The translations under genes were made by a program, and so were the position numbers. 64,000 bases of DNA, from NCBI GenBank assembly GCA_965249275.1, contig CBDFLQ010000006.1, positions 864,001 through 928,000 of the forward strand, given 5' to 3'. The stretch comes from Dehalococcoidia bacterium. Lineage in GTDB: Bacteria; Chloroflexota; Dehalococcoidia; Plut-88900. Below the pieces are notes generated by a model that saw only the letters and a program-made list of their open reading frames with translations, ran no database searches and was not told the DNA's origin. This document shows positions 1 to 9,398 of the stretch, one piece after another; the first letter of the stretch is position 1; the number at the start of each line of letters is the position of its first letter.

Positions 1-2
1 TC

Positions 3-350
3 CGCACATTCGACGTGCTGACCTCCAACATAAGGCCGGGCCGCACCTGCCACGACGTTGCAATGGAGGCGAAGAAGGCTGTCGGCTCCGTCGCCGAGGA
101 GGCCTTTTTCATAGAGAACTTCGGCTATTCCGTGGGCATAGGCGTACCTTCAATCTGGGGAGAGGACCTGATCTTCATCGCCGAGGGTGTGGACGAGCCC
201 CTCCTGCCGGGCATGACCTTCCACACACCCCTCACGATCCATGTGCCGGGGAAGCGGGGAGTCGGCTTCAGCGAAACCGTCCTGGTCACCGAGACCGGTT
301 GGGAGTCACTGACTGCCCAGGAAAGGTCTCTTCTGGTGGTTCCCCTCTGA
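3..350 (+). CDS. M24-family metallopeptidase/creatinase-like protein, C-terminal part (5'-truncated by window edge)
   Basis: Pita-bread fold C-terminal motifs (GYSVGIG...LLPGMTFH...GFSETVLVTETGWESLT); frame is open from the window start; its TGA overlaps the next ATG. Confidence 0.8.
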   Translation, partial: RTFDVLTSNIRPGRTCHDVAMEAKKAVGSVAEEAFFIENFGYSVGIGVPSIWGEDLIFIAEGVDEPLLPGMTFHTPLTIHVPGKRGVGFSETVLVTETGWESLTAQERSLLVVPL

Positions 351-1567
351 TGTTTCAGCTATTCAAAAAGGAGCGGATGTGGCGGGACCCGCCCCTCAAG
401 CCCCGGTACGACATTGTCATAGCCGGGGCCGGGGTGCACGGCCTTGCCATCGCCTACTACCTCGGGCAGCGGGGTATTACAAACGTCGCCGTCCTGGACA
501 AAGGGTATCTGGGGGGCGGGGCCAGCGCCCGGTCCACGGCCATCATCAGGGCCAACTACGTGACCCCGGAGGGCATCCCATTCTTCTATGAAAGCGTCAA
601 GCTCTACGAAGACCTCTCGCAGGACCTAGGCTACAATCTGCTGTTCAGCCAGACTGGTCGACTTGAGCTCGCCCACACCGAGTCCTCCGTCTACGCTCTC
701 CGAACTCGCGCCGAGGCCAACGCCGCCCTGGGTGTCGACAGCAAGATTATCGGCACCGACGATATACGCGAGCTCGTGCCCGTTCTCGACATGCGCGAGG
801 GCAACGACCTCCCAGTCCTCGCCGGCCTCTACCATCCGCCCGCCGGAGTCATCCGCCACGACGCGGTAATCTGGGCCTACGCCCGCGCCGCCGACCGCAG
901 AGGCGCAGAGATTCACCCCTTCACCGAGATCACCGCCATCAACCAGAGCAATGGACGGGTCACGGGTGTCGAGACCAGCCGCGGGCCCATTCAAGCCGAC
1001 CTGGTCATCAACTGCACCGCCGGGTGGAGTTCCACCATCGCAGCGATGGTCGGGCTTGACCTGCCGATGATTACTCACCCCCTGCAGGCCATGGTCACCG
1101 AGCCCCTGAAGCCCATACTCAAGCTCGGGGTCTCCTCCACCAACTTCCACGTCTACGTCTACCAGACCGACCGCGGGGAGCTCGTCATGGGCGGCGCCGT
1201 CGACCATTACACCAGCTACTCTCAGAAGTCGACCTTCCCGATGATGGAGGAGCTATCTGCCGGGGCACTCAGGATGTTCCCCTTCCTCAAAGACGTGAAC
1301 ATCCTCCGGCAGTGGACCGGCATATGCGACATGACCCCCGACTACGCGCCGATCATGGGTCCGGTCTCGGGGCTGGATGGATTCCTGCTCGACTGCGGCT
1401 GGGGCACCTACGGTTTCAAGGCCGCCCCCATTTCCGGGAAGATGATGGCGGAGCTTATCGACACCGGCCAGACCCCCGACCTGATAAAGCCCTTCTCGTT
1501 AGACCGCTTCAAGGACGGCAGGTTGGTGAATGAGAAGGGTGCGGCTTCGTCGGCGGCGCTGCATTGA
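350..1567 (+). CDS. soxB: Sarcosine oxidase subunit beta-like FAD-dependent oxidoreductase
   Basis: YDIVIAGAGVHGLA FAD motif, RSTAIIRANY, RHDAVIWAYARAA, CGWGTYGFKA, C-terminal EKGAASSAALH; ATG at 350 is coupled to the upstream stop (TGATG). Confidence 0.85.
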   Translation: MFQLFKKERMWRDPPLKPRYDIVIAGAGVHGLAIAYYLGQRGITNVAVLDKGYLGGGASARSTAIIRANYVTPEGIPFFYESVKLYEDLSQDLGYNLLFSQTGRLELAHTESSVYALRTRAEANAALGVDSKIIGTDDIRELVPVLDMREGNDLPVLAGLYHPPAGVIRHDAVIWAYARAADRRGAEIHPFTEITAINQSNGRVTGVETSRGPIQADLVINCTAGWSSTIAAMVGLDLPMITHPLQAMVTEPLKPILKLGVSSTNFHVYVYQTDRGELVMGGAVDHYTSYSQKSTFPMMEELSAGALRMFPFLKDVNILRQWTGICDMTPDYAPIMGPVSGLDGFLLDCGWGTYGFKAAPISGKMMAELIDTGQTPDLIKPFSLDRFKDGRLVNEKGAASSAALH

Positions 1568-1652
1568 CAGCCAGTACTCAACGTCGATCTCAGGCATGCA
1601 CACCCGGCGGTTCCCTGTAACTTAGTTAGGGGCGGGTTACCGATGCATCGAG

Positions 1653-1796
1653 TCAATAGCCTACTAGGAATGCCTCCATCCTCTTAGACAGGACGTCCAG
1701 GTTGGCTCCCAGCCACACTTCGTCAACAATTACTCCTCTTTCAAGAGCCATCGGGGAAGTAGGTAAAGCAGTGATAATATTTGGGGGAACCCTTCC
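1653..1796 (-). pseudogene. Detached C-terminal fragment of the IS-interrupted ABC substrate-binding protein
   Basis: Removing the IS and one TTCC copy restores the frame: ...LTPG-RVPPNIITALPTSPMALERGVIVDEVWLGANLDVLSKRMEAFLVGY*, a typical PotD-like C-terminus; stop at 1653-1655. Confidence 0.85.
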
Positions 1797-3452
1797 GAGC
1801 CTGTCTCAAAAGGGAGTGGAGGTTTATGCATGAGGGTAAACTAGGAGGGGAGAAGCTCTGAGTGGAGGTTATGGAGATGCCACTGAGACCGATGGGACGA
1901 GAGCAGGTGTGGATGCTGCCACCGACCCTGGATGAGATGGTGCCGGAAGATCATCCTGTGCGGTTCGTGGCGGAGTTCGTCGATGCACTGGGACGGGAGG
2001 ACTGGGCAGAGATGGGAGTAGACATTGACGGAAGCTGGACGGGAGCGCCGGCGTACCATCCCAGGGCAATGTTGGGGGTGTGGCTGTACGGATTCATGAC
2101 GGGGGTAAGGTCGAGCCGCAAGCTGGAGGGGGCCTGCCGTGACCAGATACCGTATCTATGGTTGACGGGATGGCAGCGTCCAGATCACAACACGCTGTGG
2201 AGGTTTTACAAGAGCAATCGCCAGTCGATGCGTAAACTGCTGAAGCGCACAGTGCAAACGGCGCTCGGGATGGACCTTATCGACCTGACGCTGCAGGCAG
2301 TGGACGGCACGAAGGTGGGTGCGAATGCGACGGGAGACAGGAGCCTGGATGGAGAAGGATTGGAGCGTCTGCTGAGGCGTGTGGAGCAGTCGCTGAAGGA
2401 ACTGGAGGCTGAGAACGAGACGGGGGAGGATGCCGCACCCGTCCATCTGCCTGATGAGTTGACCGAGAAGACGGCGCTGAGAGAGAAGGTGCGCCGAGCT
2501 ATGGACGAACTCTCGGAGCGCAGTGAGATCAAACAGATAAACCTCACGGATAAAGACGCACGTCTGATGAGGACTCGCCGGGGGATAGCGCCCTGCTACA
2601 ACGCACAGGCGATGGTATCGCCGACGAAGACCGACACAGGCGGGAAGGGCATGTTGATCACTGCAGTAGAGGTAGCCGATGATCCCGACGACCATTCCCA
2701 ACTCGTTCCAATGCTTCAGAGGGCGGAGGAGACCACCGGCCTCAGGTCTGAGACGACGCTGGCCGATGCGGGCTATCACTCAGGGAGCAATCTGCAGCAG
2801 TGTGGGCGCAGAGAGCAGAAAGTTGTGATGCCTGAGGCACAGCGTCGGGCACTGGGCCGCCCCTATCACAAGGACCGATTCGCCTACGATGAGGATACCG
2901 ACAGCTACATCTGTCCGCAAGGACAACGACTACGCTTCACCCGAATCAAGCGCACCCGTGGGATGCCGATGAGGCTCTACCGGGCCTCGGGGGCCATCTG
3001 CCGAGGGTGCCCGGTCTTCGGGGTGTGTACGAGGGACGGCCGACATGGGCGAGGGCTTGAGATAGGGCCCCACGACACAGCCTTGCGTCGTCATCGGTCC
3101 TGGATGGGCAGCGATGAAGCCAGAGAGTTGTACCGTCGCAGGAAGGGGCTGGTAGAGCCGGTGTTCGGGATCATCAAAGAGCAACAGGCGGCGCGTAGGT
3201 TCCTGCTGCGGGGCCTCAACAACGTGGCCGCCGAGTGGGGCCTGTTGGCCTCGGCCTTCAATCTGCGCACCCTGTGGCGGGTATGGCACGGCCGGACAAC
3301 CCGCATATGGGGCCGCAATCTCATCCCATCGCTGGTGCGCAACTCAATCATCGGCCACCCGGCATGAGTCGTCGTGACCGATCATTGCTCAAATGACACC
3401 CCATCTAGCCCTTCACTCTTGCCACACCCCACCCCACTTGTGAGACAGGCTC
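1797..3452 (+). mobile_element. IS1182-family insertion sequence, complete
   Basis: Terminal inverted repeats GAGCCTGTCTCA (1797-1808) / TGAGACAGGCTC (3441-3452); 4-bp target duplication TTCC (1793-1796, 3453-3456); encloses one transposase. Confidence 0.93.
1862..3367 (+). CDS. IS1182-family DDE transposase (start may be ATG 1877)
   Basis: AYHPRAML..SSRKLE..PDHNTL N-domain, AVDGTKV, LADAGY, YICPQG..C..C, YRRRK.LVEPVFG.IK. Confidence 0.93.
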   Translation: MEVMEMPLRPMGREQVWMLPPTLDEMVPEDHPVRFVAEFVDALGREDWAEMGVDIDGSWTGAPAYHPRAMLGVWLYGFMTGVRSSRKLEGACRDQIPYLWLTGWQRPDHNTLWRFYKSNRQSMRKLLKRTVQTALGMDLIDLTLQAVDGTKVGANATGDRSLDGEGLERLLRRVEQSLKELEAENETGEDAAPVHLPDELTEKTALREKVRRAMDELSERSEIKQINLTDKDARLMRTRRGIAPCYNAQAMVSPTKTDTGGKGMLITAVEVADDPDDHSQLVPMLQRAEETTGLRSETTLADAGYHSGSNLQQCGRREQKVVMPEAQRRALGRPYHKDRFAYDEDTDSYICPQGQRLRFTRIKRTRGMPMRLYRASGAICRGCPVFGVCTRDGRHGRGLEIGPHDTALRRHRSWMGSDEARELYRRRKGLVEPVFGIIKEQQAARRFLLRGLNNVAAEWGLLASAFNLRTLWRVWHGRTTRIWGRNLIPSLVRNSIIGHPA

Positions 3453-4809
3453 TTCCGGGTGTCAACGGCAGGGCGTGAGTGTTCAATGGCCCGTAGGTGA
3501 TGTAGTTTGAAATCTCTACGTTAATCTCAGGGTACCCTGTCCAAGCAATGAACAGCTCAGCCAATGTCTTGTTGGGGGAACCCTTCGGGATGTAGAACAC
3601 GTCGGTCTGGGTCAGGTGTCCACACTCGTAGCAATAGTGGATGTTGTCTCCACCGTATTCGTTCTGGGCGTTCCAAATTCGCCCGTTCCAAGCTGTGCAC
3701 ATGTCTGCTTCATCGATCCGCAAAGCCCTCGGACAGTCGGTTCCTGAATTCCACCAAGACTGGATGTGAGGTCTTAGCTCTTCCAGCATTGCAAAGGACT
3801 GGTCGACCTGCTCGGGGGTCAGTCTGGCTATCGCGTTCCGGCCTTCGACGGTATCCAGAACCTCCGGCGTACGAGCGAAGTGGGCAAAGAAGATGTTCTC
3901 GTTCACTCTTCTACCCATCCACCTGGTGCCCGGGAAGGCATCGACGTCCCAAAAGGCAGTCCAGTCGTTCGGCTTTTTGCCACCCCAAAGAGTGTTGATC
4001 TTGTCCTTCTGATAGGCGAGACCGGTGGACCAGACCACCCCTCCTCCACCACTCCACGGCGTTATAGCTACTTCAGGATAACCGGACAAGTATCCGTTGT
4101 GGATCGCCGGTGTCAGCCTTTCCAGTTCCCCCCAAGACCCGAGTTGTTGTACCGCCCTAACGCCTGAATCCACCACGTCCCAGGTCACGTTCCCGGTTTC
4201 CACCATGGAACGGATCTTGGCATACTCCACCGGGCTGTCTTCAACCAGTTGGATTCCAAACCTTTCCTGGAAGGGCAGAAAGTAGGCCTGCCGCTGGGCG
4301 GCCTGGTAGGCCCCGCCCCAGGAAGTTACACTCAGACTTTGGCCTCGGTAGTTGCCTAGTTCAGCCTCAATTTCCTCGAAGGTGGCGGGGTTGTCCGCCG
4401 TCCACTGGCTGATAGGTCGACGCGTGCCAGGGGCTGGGGGAGTTGGAGAGGGAAAGGGGATAGGAGTCGGAGGGGGCAGGGAGGTCGCTGTGGGGAGGGG
4501 AGTATCGGGGGGCAGAGGAGTCGTAATCGGCAGGGAAATCGCGGTGGGGAGGGGAGTCGCAGGGGGCACGGGCATGGGAGTCGGGGCGGGCTGAGGCGTT
4601 ATAGTCGCCTGTATCCCGGGTTGGATAGTGGCGTCGATGACAGGGGTGGGGGTCTGGGGCGCAGTCCACAGCGCCTCCGCTACGGCTGTCTGCACTGCAG
4701 CGTTGACGTCCTGGGTGGGAACGGGAGTTTCCATGAGAGGGACACACGCCGCGAGTACGATGCCTATAACCATGGGGCCTAGAAACAACCTAACCTTCTT
4801 CAAGACCAC
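3453..4809 (-). pseudogene. Polyamine/PotD-type ABC substrate-binding lipoprotein, N-terminal part, interrupted by IS1182
   Basis: Lipobox LAAC, Pro/Thr-rich linker, SWGGAYQAAQRQAYF, WDVVD, FWDVDAFPG, AWNGRI, IPKGSPN; the last ~23 residues of the called ORF are read from the IS end. Confidence 0.85.
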
Positions 4810-4964
4810 GGGGCCTCCTCACCACGAAATACGATAAATGCCAGAAAGAGAACTTTGACTCGGGAATTCGGCTCGCCGCTTAAGGACCGCCGGATTGCCG
4901 GATAGCCCTTGGTAACATATTCTGTGCAGAGTATAACAACAAGACTTACCCAGGAGGCCCGACC

Positions 4965-6380
4965 ATGACCCAAGACATCTGCTGGCTCTCGGCGACGGAG
5001 TTGGCCGAAGGCATTAGGAACAAGACGTTCTCTTCGCAGGAGGTCGTGCAGGCGCACTTGGCCCGCATTGCGGCGCTCAACCCGACTCTCAACGCCATCG
5101 TAACCTTCGCACCCGACCCCCTGGCCTTGGCCAAAGAAGCCGACGCCGCAATCGCACGCGGGGATGATCTAGGGGCGCTGCACGGAGTGCCGTTCACCCT
5201 AAAGGATTGCGTGGAGGTCGCCGGGCTGCGGGCCACGCAGGGCTCAAAGATATTGGCGGACAACATCTCCACCGATGATGCCACCGTTTACAAACGGCTG
5301 AAGGGCGCGGGCGGAATCCTCCTCGGCAAGACCAACCTTCCCGAGTTTGCCCTCTGGTGGGAGACGAACAATCTCCTCTTCGGCGCTACCCAAAACCCCT
5401 GGAAACTCGGCTACACTCCCGGCGGCTCCAGCGGCGGCGAGGGCGCGTCCCTTGCGACCGGGATGTCACCGCTGGGGGTCGGGACTGACCTCGGGGGGTC
5501 AATCCGGCAACCATCCAGCTTCTGCGGTTTGGCAGGCCTCAAGCCGACATTGGGTCGGGTGCCGTACACGCGGGTCGTGCCTCAGACGCTATTTCGCGCT
5601 ATTCACGTCGGGCCCATGGCTCGAAACGTCCAGGACGTGGCCTTAGCCCTATCCATCATGGCCGGCCCCGACGGCGAGGACATCTACGCCCCGCCCGTCC
5701 CCGTCCCCGATTACACAGACCTGGATGGTCCTTTGCCCAAGCTACGGATCGGGTGGAGCCCAACGGGCGGGACGCCGGTAGAAGAGGAAGTGCAGAAGGT
5801 GGTGGCAAAGGCGGCAGACGCACTCTCGGTGCTGGGGATGGAGGTGGATCCGGTGGAAATACCAGGGCTGGGGACCAATGATGCGCAAGTGATCTCATCA
5901 GCAGTTTACACGGTGGAAGGAAAAGCGTTTCTAATGGACGTAATCAAGGGACGGGAGTCGGAGCTGACACCGTTGCTGCGTAAGCGCTACATCGACTCCC
6001 CGGCCAAGACGTTCGACGAGTATTTAGAGGCGAGCTTCAACTGGGAGTCGCTGAAGTGGGAGGTCGGCGAGTACTTCACCCGCTACGACATCTTCCTCTG
6101 CCCGACCGTCCCCATGCCTGCCTACGAGGCAGGTCGAGAAGAGTTCGTTATTGACGGCAAGACCATGGGCGCGAGGCACAGCCTCCGGGCCACCGTCCCC
6201 TGGGACCTTACCGGCTCCCCCGCCATGAACGTTCCTTTCGGCTGGAGCGATGAGGGTCTGCCCATCGGCGTGCAGCTCGTGTCCCGGCACTTCGATGAGC
6301 ACACCCTTCTCAGGGTCGCCAAGGCCCTGGAAGGCTGCCAGACGGACAGGCGTCGTCCCGCCATCGCCAACCCGCAATAG
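4965..6380 (+). CDS. Amidase (amidase signature family)
   Basis: GVPFTLKD, GKTNLPEF, TPGGSSGGEGA, GTDLGGSIRQP Ser-Ser-Lys signature. Confidence 0.93.
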   Translation: MTQDICWLSATELAEGIRNKTFSSQEVVQAHLARIAALNPTLNAIVTFAPDPLALAKEADAAIARGDDLGALHGVPFTLKDCVEVAGLRATQGSKILADNISTDDATVYKRLKGAGGILLGKTNLPEFALWWETNNLLFGATQNPWKLGYTPGGSSGGEGASLATGMSPLGVGTDLGGSIRQPSSFCGLAGLKPTLGRVPYTRVVPQTLFRAIHVGPMARNVQDVALALSIMAGPDGEDIYAPPVPVPDYTDLDGPLPKLRIGWSPTGGTPVEEEVQKVVAKAADALSVLGMEVDPVEIPGLGTNDAQVISSAVYTVEGKAFLMDVIKGRESELTPLLRKRYIDSPAKTFDEYLEASFNWESLKWEVGEYFTRYDIFLCPTVPMPAYEAGREEFVIDGKTMGARHSLRATVPWDLTGSPAMNVPFGWSDEGLPIGVQLVSRHFDEHTLLRVAKALEGCQTDRRRPAIANPQ

Positions 6381-6480
6381 CATAACCCTCCATCATTCAC
6401 CGAGAGGATTTGACACTGCTTACCAGTAGCCTTACCATCCTCTACAAATGTGACTACAGCGTAGACAAGGAGAGGTAACC

Positions 6481-6711
6481 ATGAGTGTGTTTGGACAGGC
6501 GCTTAGATTCTTGTTCGTCGGCATGATAATCGCCGGGGCCGTCATATCATTCACTGGATGGATGGTAGACTCCGATCCGGATAGAGGATCTCTACTGGCC
6601 GGCGAACCCGGCTTCGGTAACGAGTTGAGCTTCCTGCTCGTCCTCTTCGGAGCCATTGGACTCTTCGGAACCTTAACTCTTCGCAACTTGCCCTTTCCCT
6701 GGGAGAAGTAG
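6481..6711 (+). CDS. Small two-TM membrane protein of unknown function
   Basis: AAGGAGAGG RBS before ATG; two hydrophobic segments. Confidence 0.65.
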   Translation: MSVFGQALRFLFVGMIIAGAVISFTGWMVDSDPDRGSLLAGEPGFGNELSFLLVLFGAIGLFGTLTLRNLPFPWEK

Positions 6712-6719
6712 GGCTAGCT

Positions 6720-7012
6720 CCCGAGGCATACGCGCGACGAGGGTCCCGGTCCCGCTCGGTTGATAAAGTGCGAAATTGCAGCAAGCATCCTTGCTGGTTC
6801 GCCAAGGGAACCGATCAAGAACTAACGCACTCCGAATCGGACCCGCAAAGACGGCCAAGCGTGGACTTCCGCATACCAGACGCACGAATCAAACGCATCG
6901 GAACACAGTGACCGTAACGTAGGCAACTACGAGGTACGCTCAGTTGGGCGCATTGAAGCACCCAAGCCGTTTCCAGGGCCTTGAATTGGCTCAAACTGAA
7001 TGGCTTGGGTGC
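6720..7012 (+). ncRNA. Candidate structured non-coding RNA (unassigned)
   Basis: Dense series of hairpins, including CGTAG-GCAA-CTACG (6918-6931) and a 14-bp stem (6958-6971/6999-7012); G-U pairs favour the + strand; no credible ORF. Confidence 0.45.
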
Positions 7013-7080
7013 ATGTCATAAGGGGAGAAATTCGGGGGTTCCTGAACAGCACAGGTCCCATTGGAGATAGGAGCAGCGCT

Positions 7081-8190
7081 ATGGTTGCAGAGCTCACCGC
7101 CGTCTCGGCCCTCAATCGCACCCTCCCGAGCCCCTACTACTACGATCCCGGCATCTACGAGCAGGAGAAGGAGCGCATCTTCTACCGCTCCTGGATCTGT
7201 GCCGCCCGAGTCGAGGAAATCCCCAACGTGGGTGACTACCTGCTCCGTGAGATTGCCGACGAAAGCATAATCGTCGTCAGGTCTAAGGGTGGCGAGATCA
7301 AGGCCTTCTACAACGTCTGCCGACACCGCGGCAACCGGCTCTGCTCCGCCGAGTCTGGGAAGGCCAGGGGCAAGGCCTTCGCTTGCGGTTACCACGGCTG
7401 GACATACAATCTGGACGGCGATCTCATTGCCACGCCCAACATCGCCACCCGGCCCTCCCTGAACGGCGACCCCCTCTCCCTGTATCCCGTCGCCGTCCAA
7501 CTGTGGGAAGGTTTTATATTCTTGAACCTCGCCCCCGATCCCGAGCCATTTGTCCCGGAGCTCGGCGTGCTTGCGGAAAAGCTGCCCAAGTACAACCTCG
7601 CCAACCTCAGGATCGGGCATCGCAACGTCTACGACATCAATGCCAACTGGAAGCTGGTACTGGAAAACAACGTCGAGTGCTATCACTGCCCCGGCGTCCA
7701 CCCCGAACTCTGTGAAATCCACCCTACATTCAGGGGCGGCGCAATAGGCCAGGAGGCCCTGGACGGTGCACCTCTTATCGAAGGAGCGACGACCTATTCG
7801 GACACGGGTATCGGGCCCCGGCCCATCATCAGCACCCTCTCCGAGGAAGACGTGGCCAAGTTCCGCAGTGTCACCATCTACCCCAACCTTTTCTTCGGCC
7901 TGCTCCCGGACCAAGTCTTCGTCTTCTACAAGTGGCCCGTATCCTCGACCACCTGCCGCCTCACCGTAGACTGGCTCTTCGAGAAATCGGTGGTCGAGTC
8001 ACCGGGTTTCGACCCCTCAGACACGGTCGGTTTTCTCGACCGTGTTTTAAAGCAGGACTATGACATCTGCGAAGAAGTGCAGAAGGCGCTCAGGTCTCGG
8101 GCGCACCGGCAGGGTGTTTACTCCGCCCAGGAGCACCTGCCCTACAAGTTCAACCAGTGGATACTGGATAGGCTGGGGTCGGTCGAGTAA
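7081..8190 (+). CDS. Rieske non-heme iron oxygenase alpha subunit (choline/glycine-betaine/carnitine monooxygenase-like)
   Basis: CRHRG...CGYHGW Rieske ligands; NWK..ENNVECYHCPGVHPEL mononuclear Fe site; QDYDICEEVQ; AGGAG before ATG 7081. Confidence 0.9.
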   Translation: MVAELTAVSALNRTLPSPYYYDPGIYEQEKERIFYRSWICAARVEEIPNVGDYLLREIADESIIVVRSKGGEIKAFYNVCRHRGNRLCSAESGKARGKAFACGYHGWTYNLDGDLIATPNIATRPSLNGDPLSLYPVAVQLWEGFIFLNLAPDPEPFVPELGVLAEKLPKYNLANLRIGHRNVYDINANWKLVLENNVECYHCPGVHPELCEIHPTFRGGAIGQEALDGAPLIEGATTYSDTGIGPRPIISTLSEEDVAKFRSVTIYPNLFFGLLPDQVFVFYKWPVSSTTCRLTVDWLFEKSVVESPGFDPSDTVGFLDRVLKQDYDICEEVQKALRSRAHRQGVYSAQEHLPYKFNQWILDRLGSVE

Positions 8191-8199
8191 CCGGGCGGG

Positions 8200-9264
8200 C
8201 TACGCCCCGTTTACCCCATACATAGCCAGGCAGTTGTCCCTCAGGATCTTCCTCTTAACGTCCTCCGACAGGTCTTCCCGATTCCAGAAATGCGCAACGC
8301 TCTCCGGGTATTCGTTGTCCCAGTGCGGCCAGTCCGAGGCGTAGAACAGGGAGCCCTCTCCGAGGATGTCGATCACCTGGGGAACGAGGGTCTCGCTGGG
8401 CTCGGCGTGGAACCACACCTTGTCGCCCTTCAGGTACTCGCTGGGCTTGCGGGTGCAGTCCGGGGTCTCGAGCCAGCCCCGCTTCTCCCATTCCTCGTCC
8501 ATCCTGTCGAGGAAGAAGGGCACCCACGTGCAGCCGGTCTCCAGGTATCCGACCTTCAGGTCAGGGAATCGCTCGAAGACACCACCGTAAACCATGTGCA
8601 CCGACTGCAGCATGTTCGATATGGGAAATGCGGTGGTGTGGCGCTGGATGAACTTGCTGTACTTCATGTATTCGGACGTGCCGCCGTGTACCGCCACCAG
8701 GCACCCGAGAGACTGGGCCTCTTCGAAGAACGGGTCGAACTTCCGCTCCCCGAAACCCCCGAACCCCACCGCCGGCAGCATCACACCCGAGAAGCCTGCC
8801 TCCGTCACCGTCCTGCGCATCTCCTTCGTTCCCGCCTCCACGTCGGTCAGGGGGACCAGGGACACGGCCTTCAGTTTAGGGCTAACGCTCATCCACTCGT
8901 CGGCCATCCAACGGTTGTAGGCGCTGGTAACGGCCTTCAGATAGTCCGGGTCCCAGATGGTTCCGTAGGTCAGCAGCGTCGTCGGGAAGAGGAAGGTCAT
9001 CTCCATGCCACCCCATTCCAGGGCGTCGAGCCAGTCCTTGGGAAACGGATAGCCCGCAGGCCCGATACCACCCATCCTACCCCCAAGCGTCGAGTCCGCA
9101 AATGCCCGGTTGGTTATCGCACTCCCGTGGCCGACCCTGCCCTGGGCATCGGGGAGGTTGTCCATCAGGAATTCGTTGTAGGGTTCCGGCATGTACTCCC
9201 TGATCCGGGCCTGGTCTTCAACGATATGCCCGTCCGCGTCTATCACCCCGAATGGAAGTTGCAT
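8200..9264 (-). CDS. Amidohydrolase family 2 protein
   Basis: IDADGH, AVHG, GVFERFPDLKVGYLETG, YASDWPHWD. Confidence 0.9.
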   Translation of the reverse strand: MQLPFGVIDADGHIVEDQARIREYMPEPYNEFLMDNLPDAQGRVGHGSAITNRAFADSTLGGRMGGIGPAGYPFPKDWLDALEWGGMEMTFLFPTTLLTYGTIWDPDYLKAVTSAYNRWMADEWMSVSPKLKAVSLVPLTDVEAGTKEMRRTVTEAGFSGVMLPAVGFGGFGERKFDPFFEEAQSLGCLVAVHGGTSEYMKYSKFIQRHTTAFPISNMLQSVHMVYGGVFERFPDLKVGYLETGCTWVPFFLDRMDEEWEKRGWLETPDCTRKPSEYLKGDKVWFHAEPSETLVPQVIDILGEGSLFYASDWPHWDNEYPESVAHFWNREDLSEDVKRKILRDNCLAMYGVNGA

Positions 9265-9398
9265 GGCTATCCTCCGCCTCTATTGATAGGTGCCGTTAGT
9301 TTCAAGCAGTCTAGCCCCGATACGGGAGACGTGCAATCGCGGCTTCGGCGCGCCCATCCGCTATAATCCTCCCAACCTTTCCCCTCTCGGAGGCCCCT

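Noticed and set aside
4430-4680. Short repeats in the binding-protein gene
   Set aside because: They encode an ordinary Pro/Thr-rich lipoprotein linker, not a separate element
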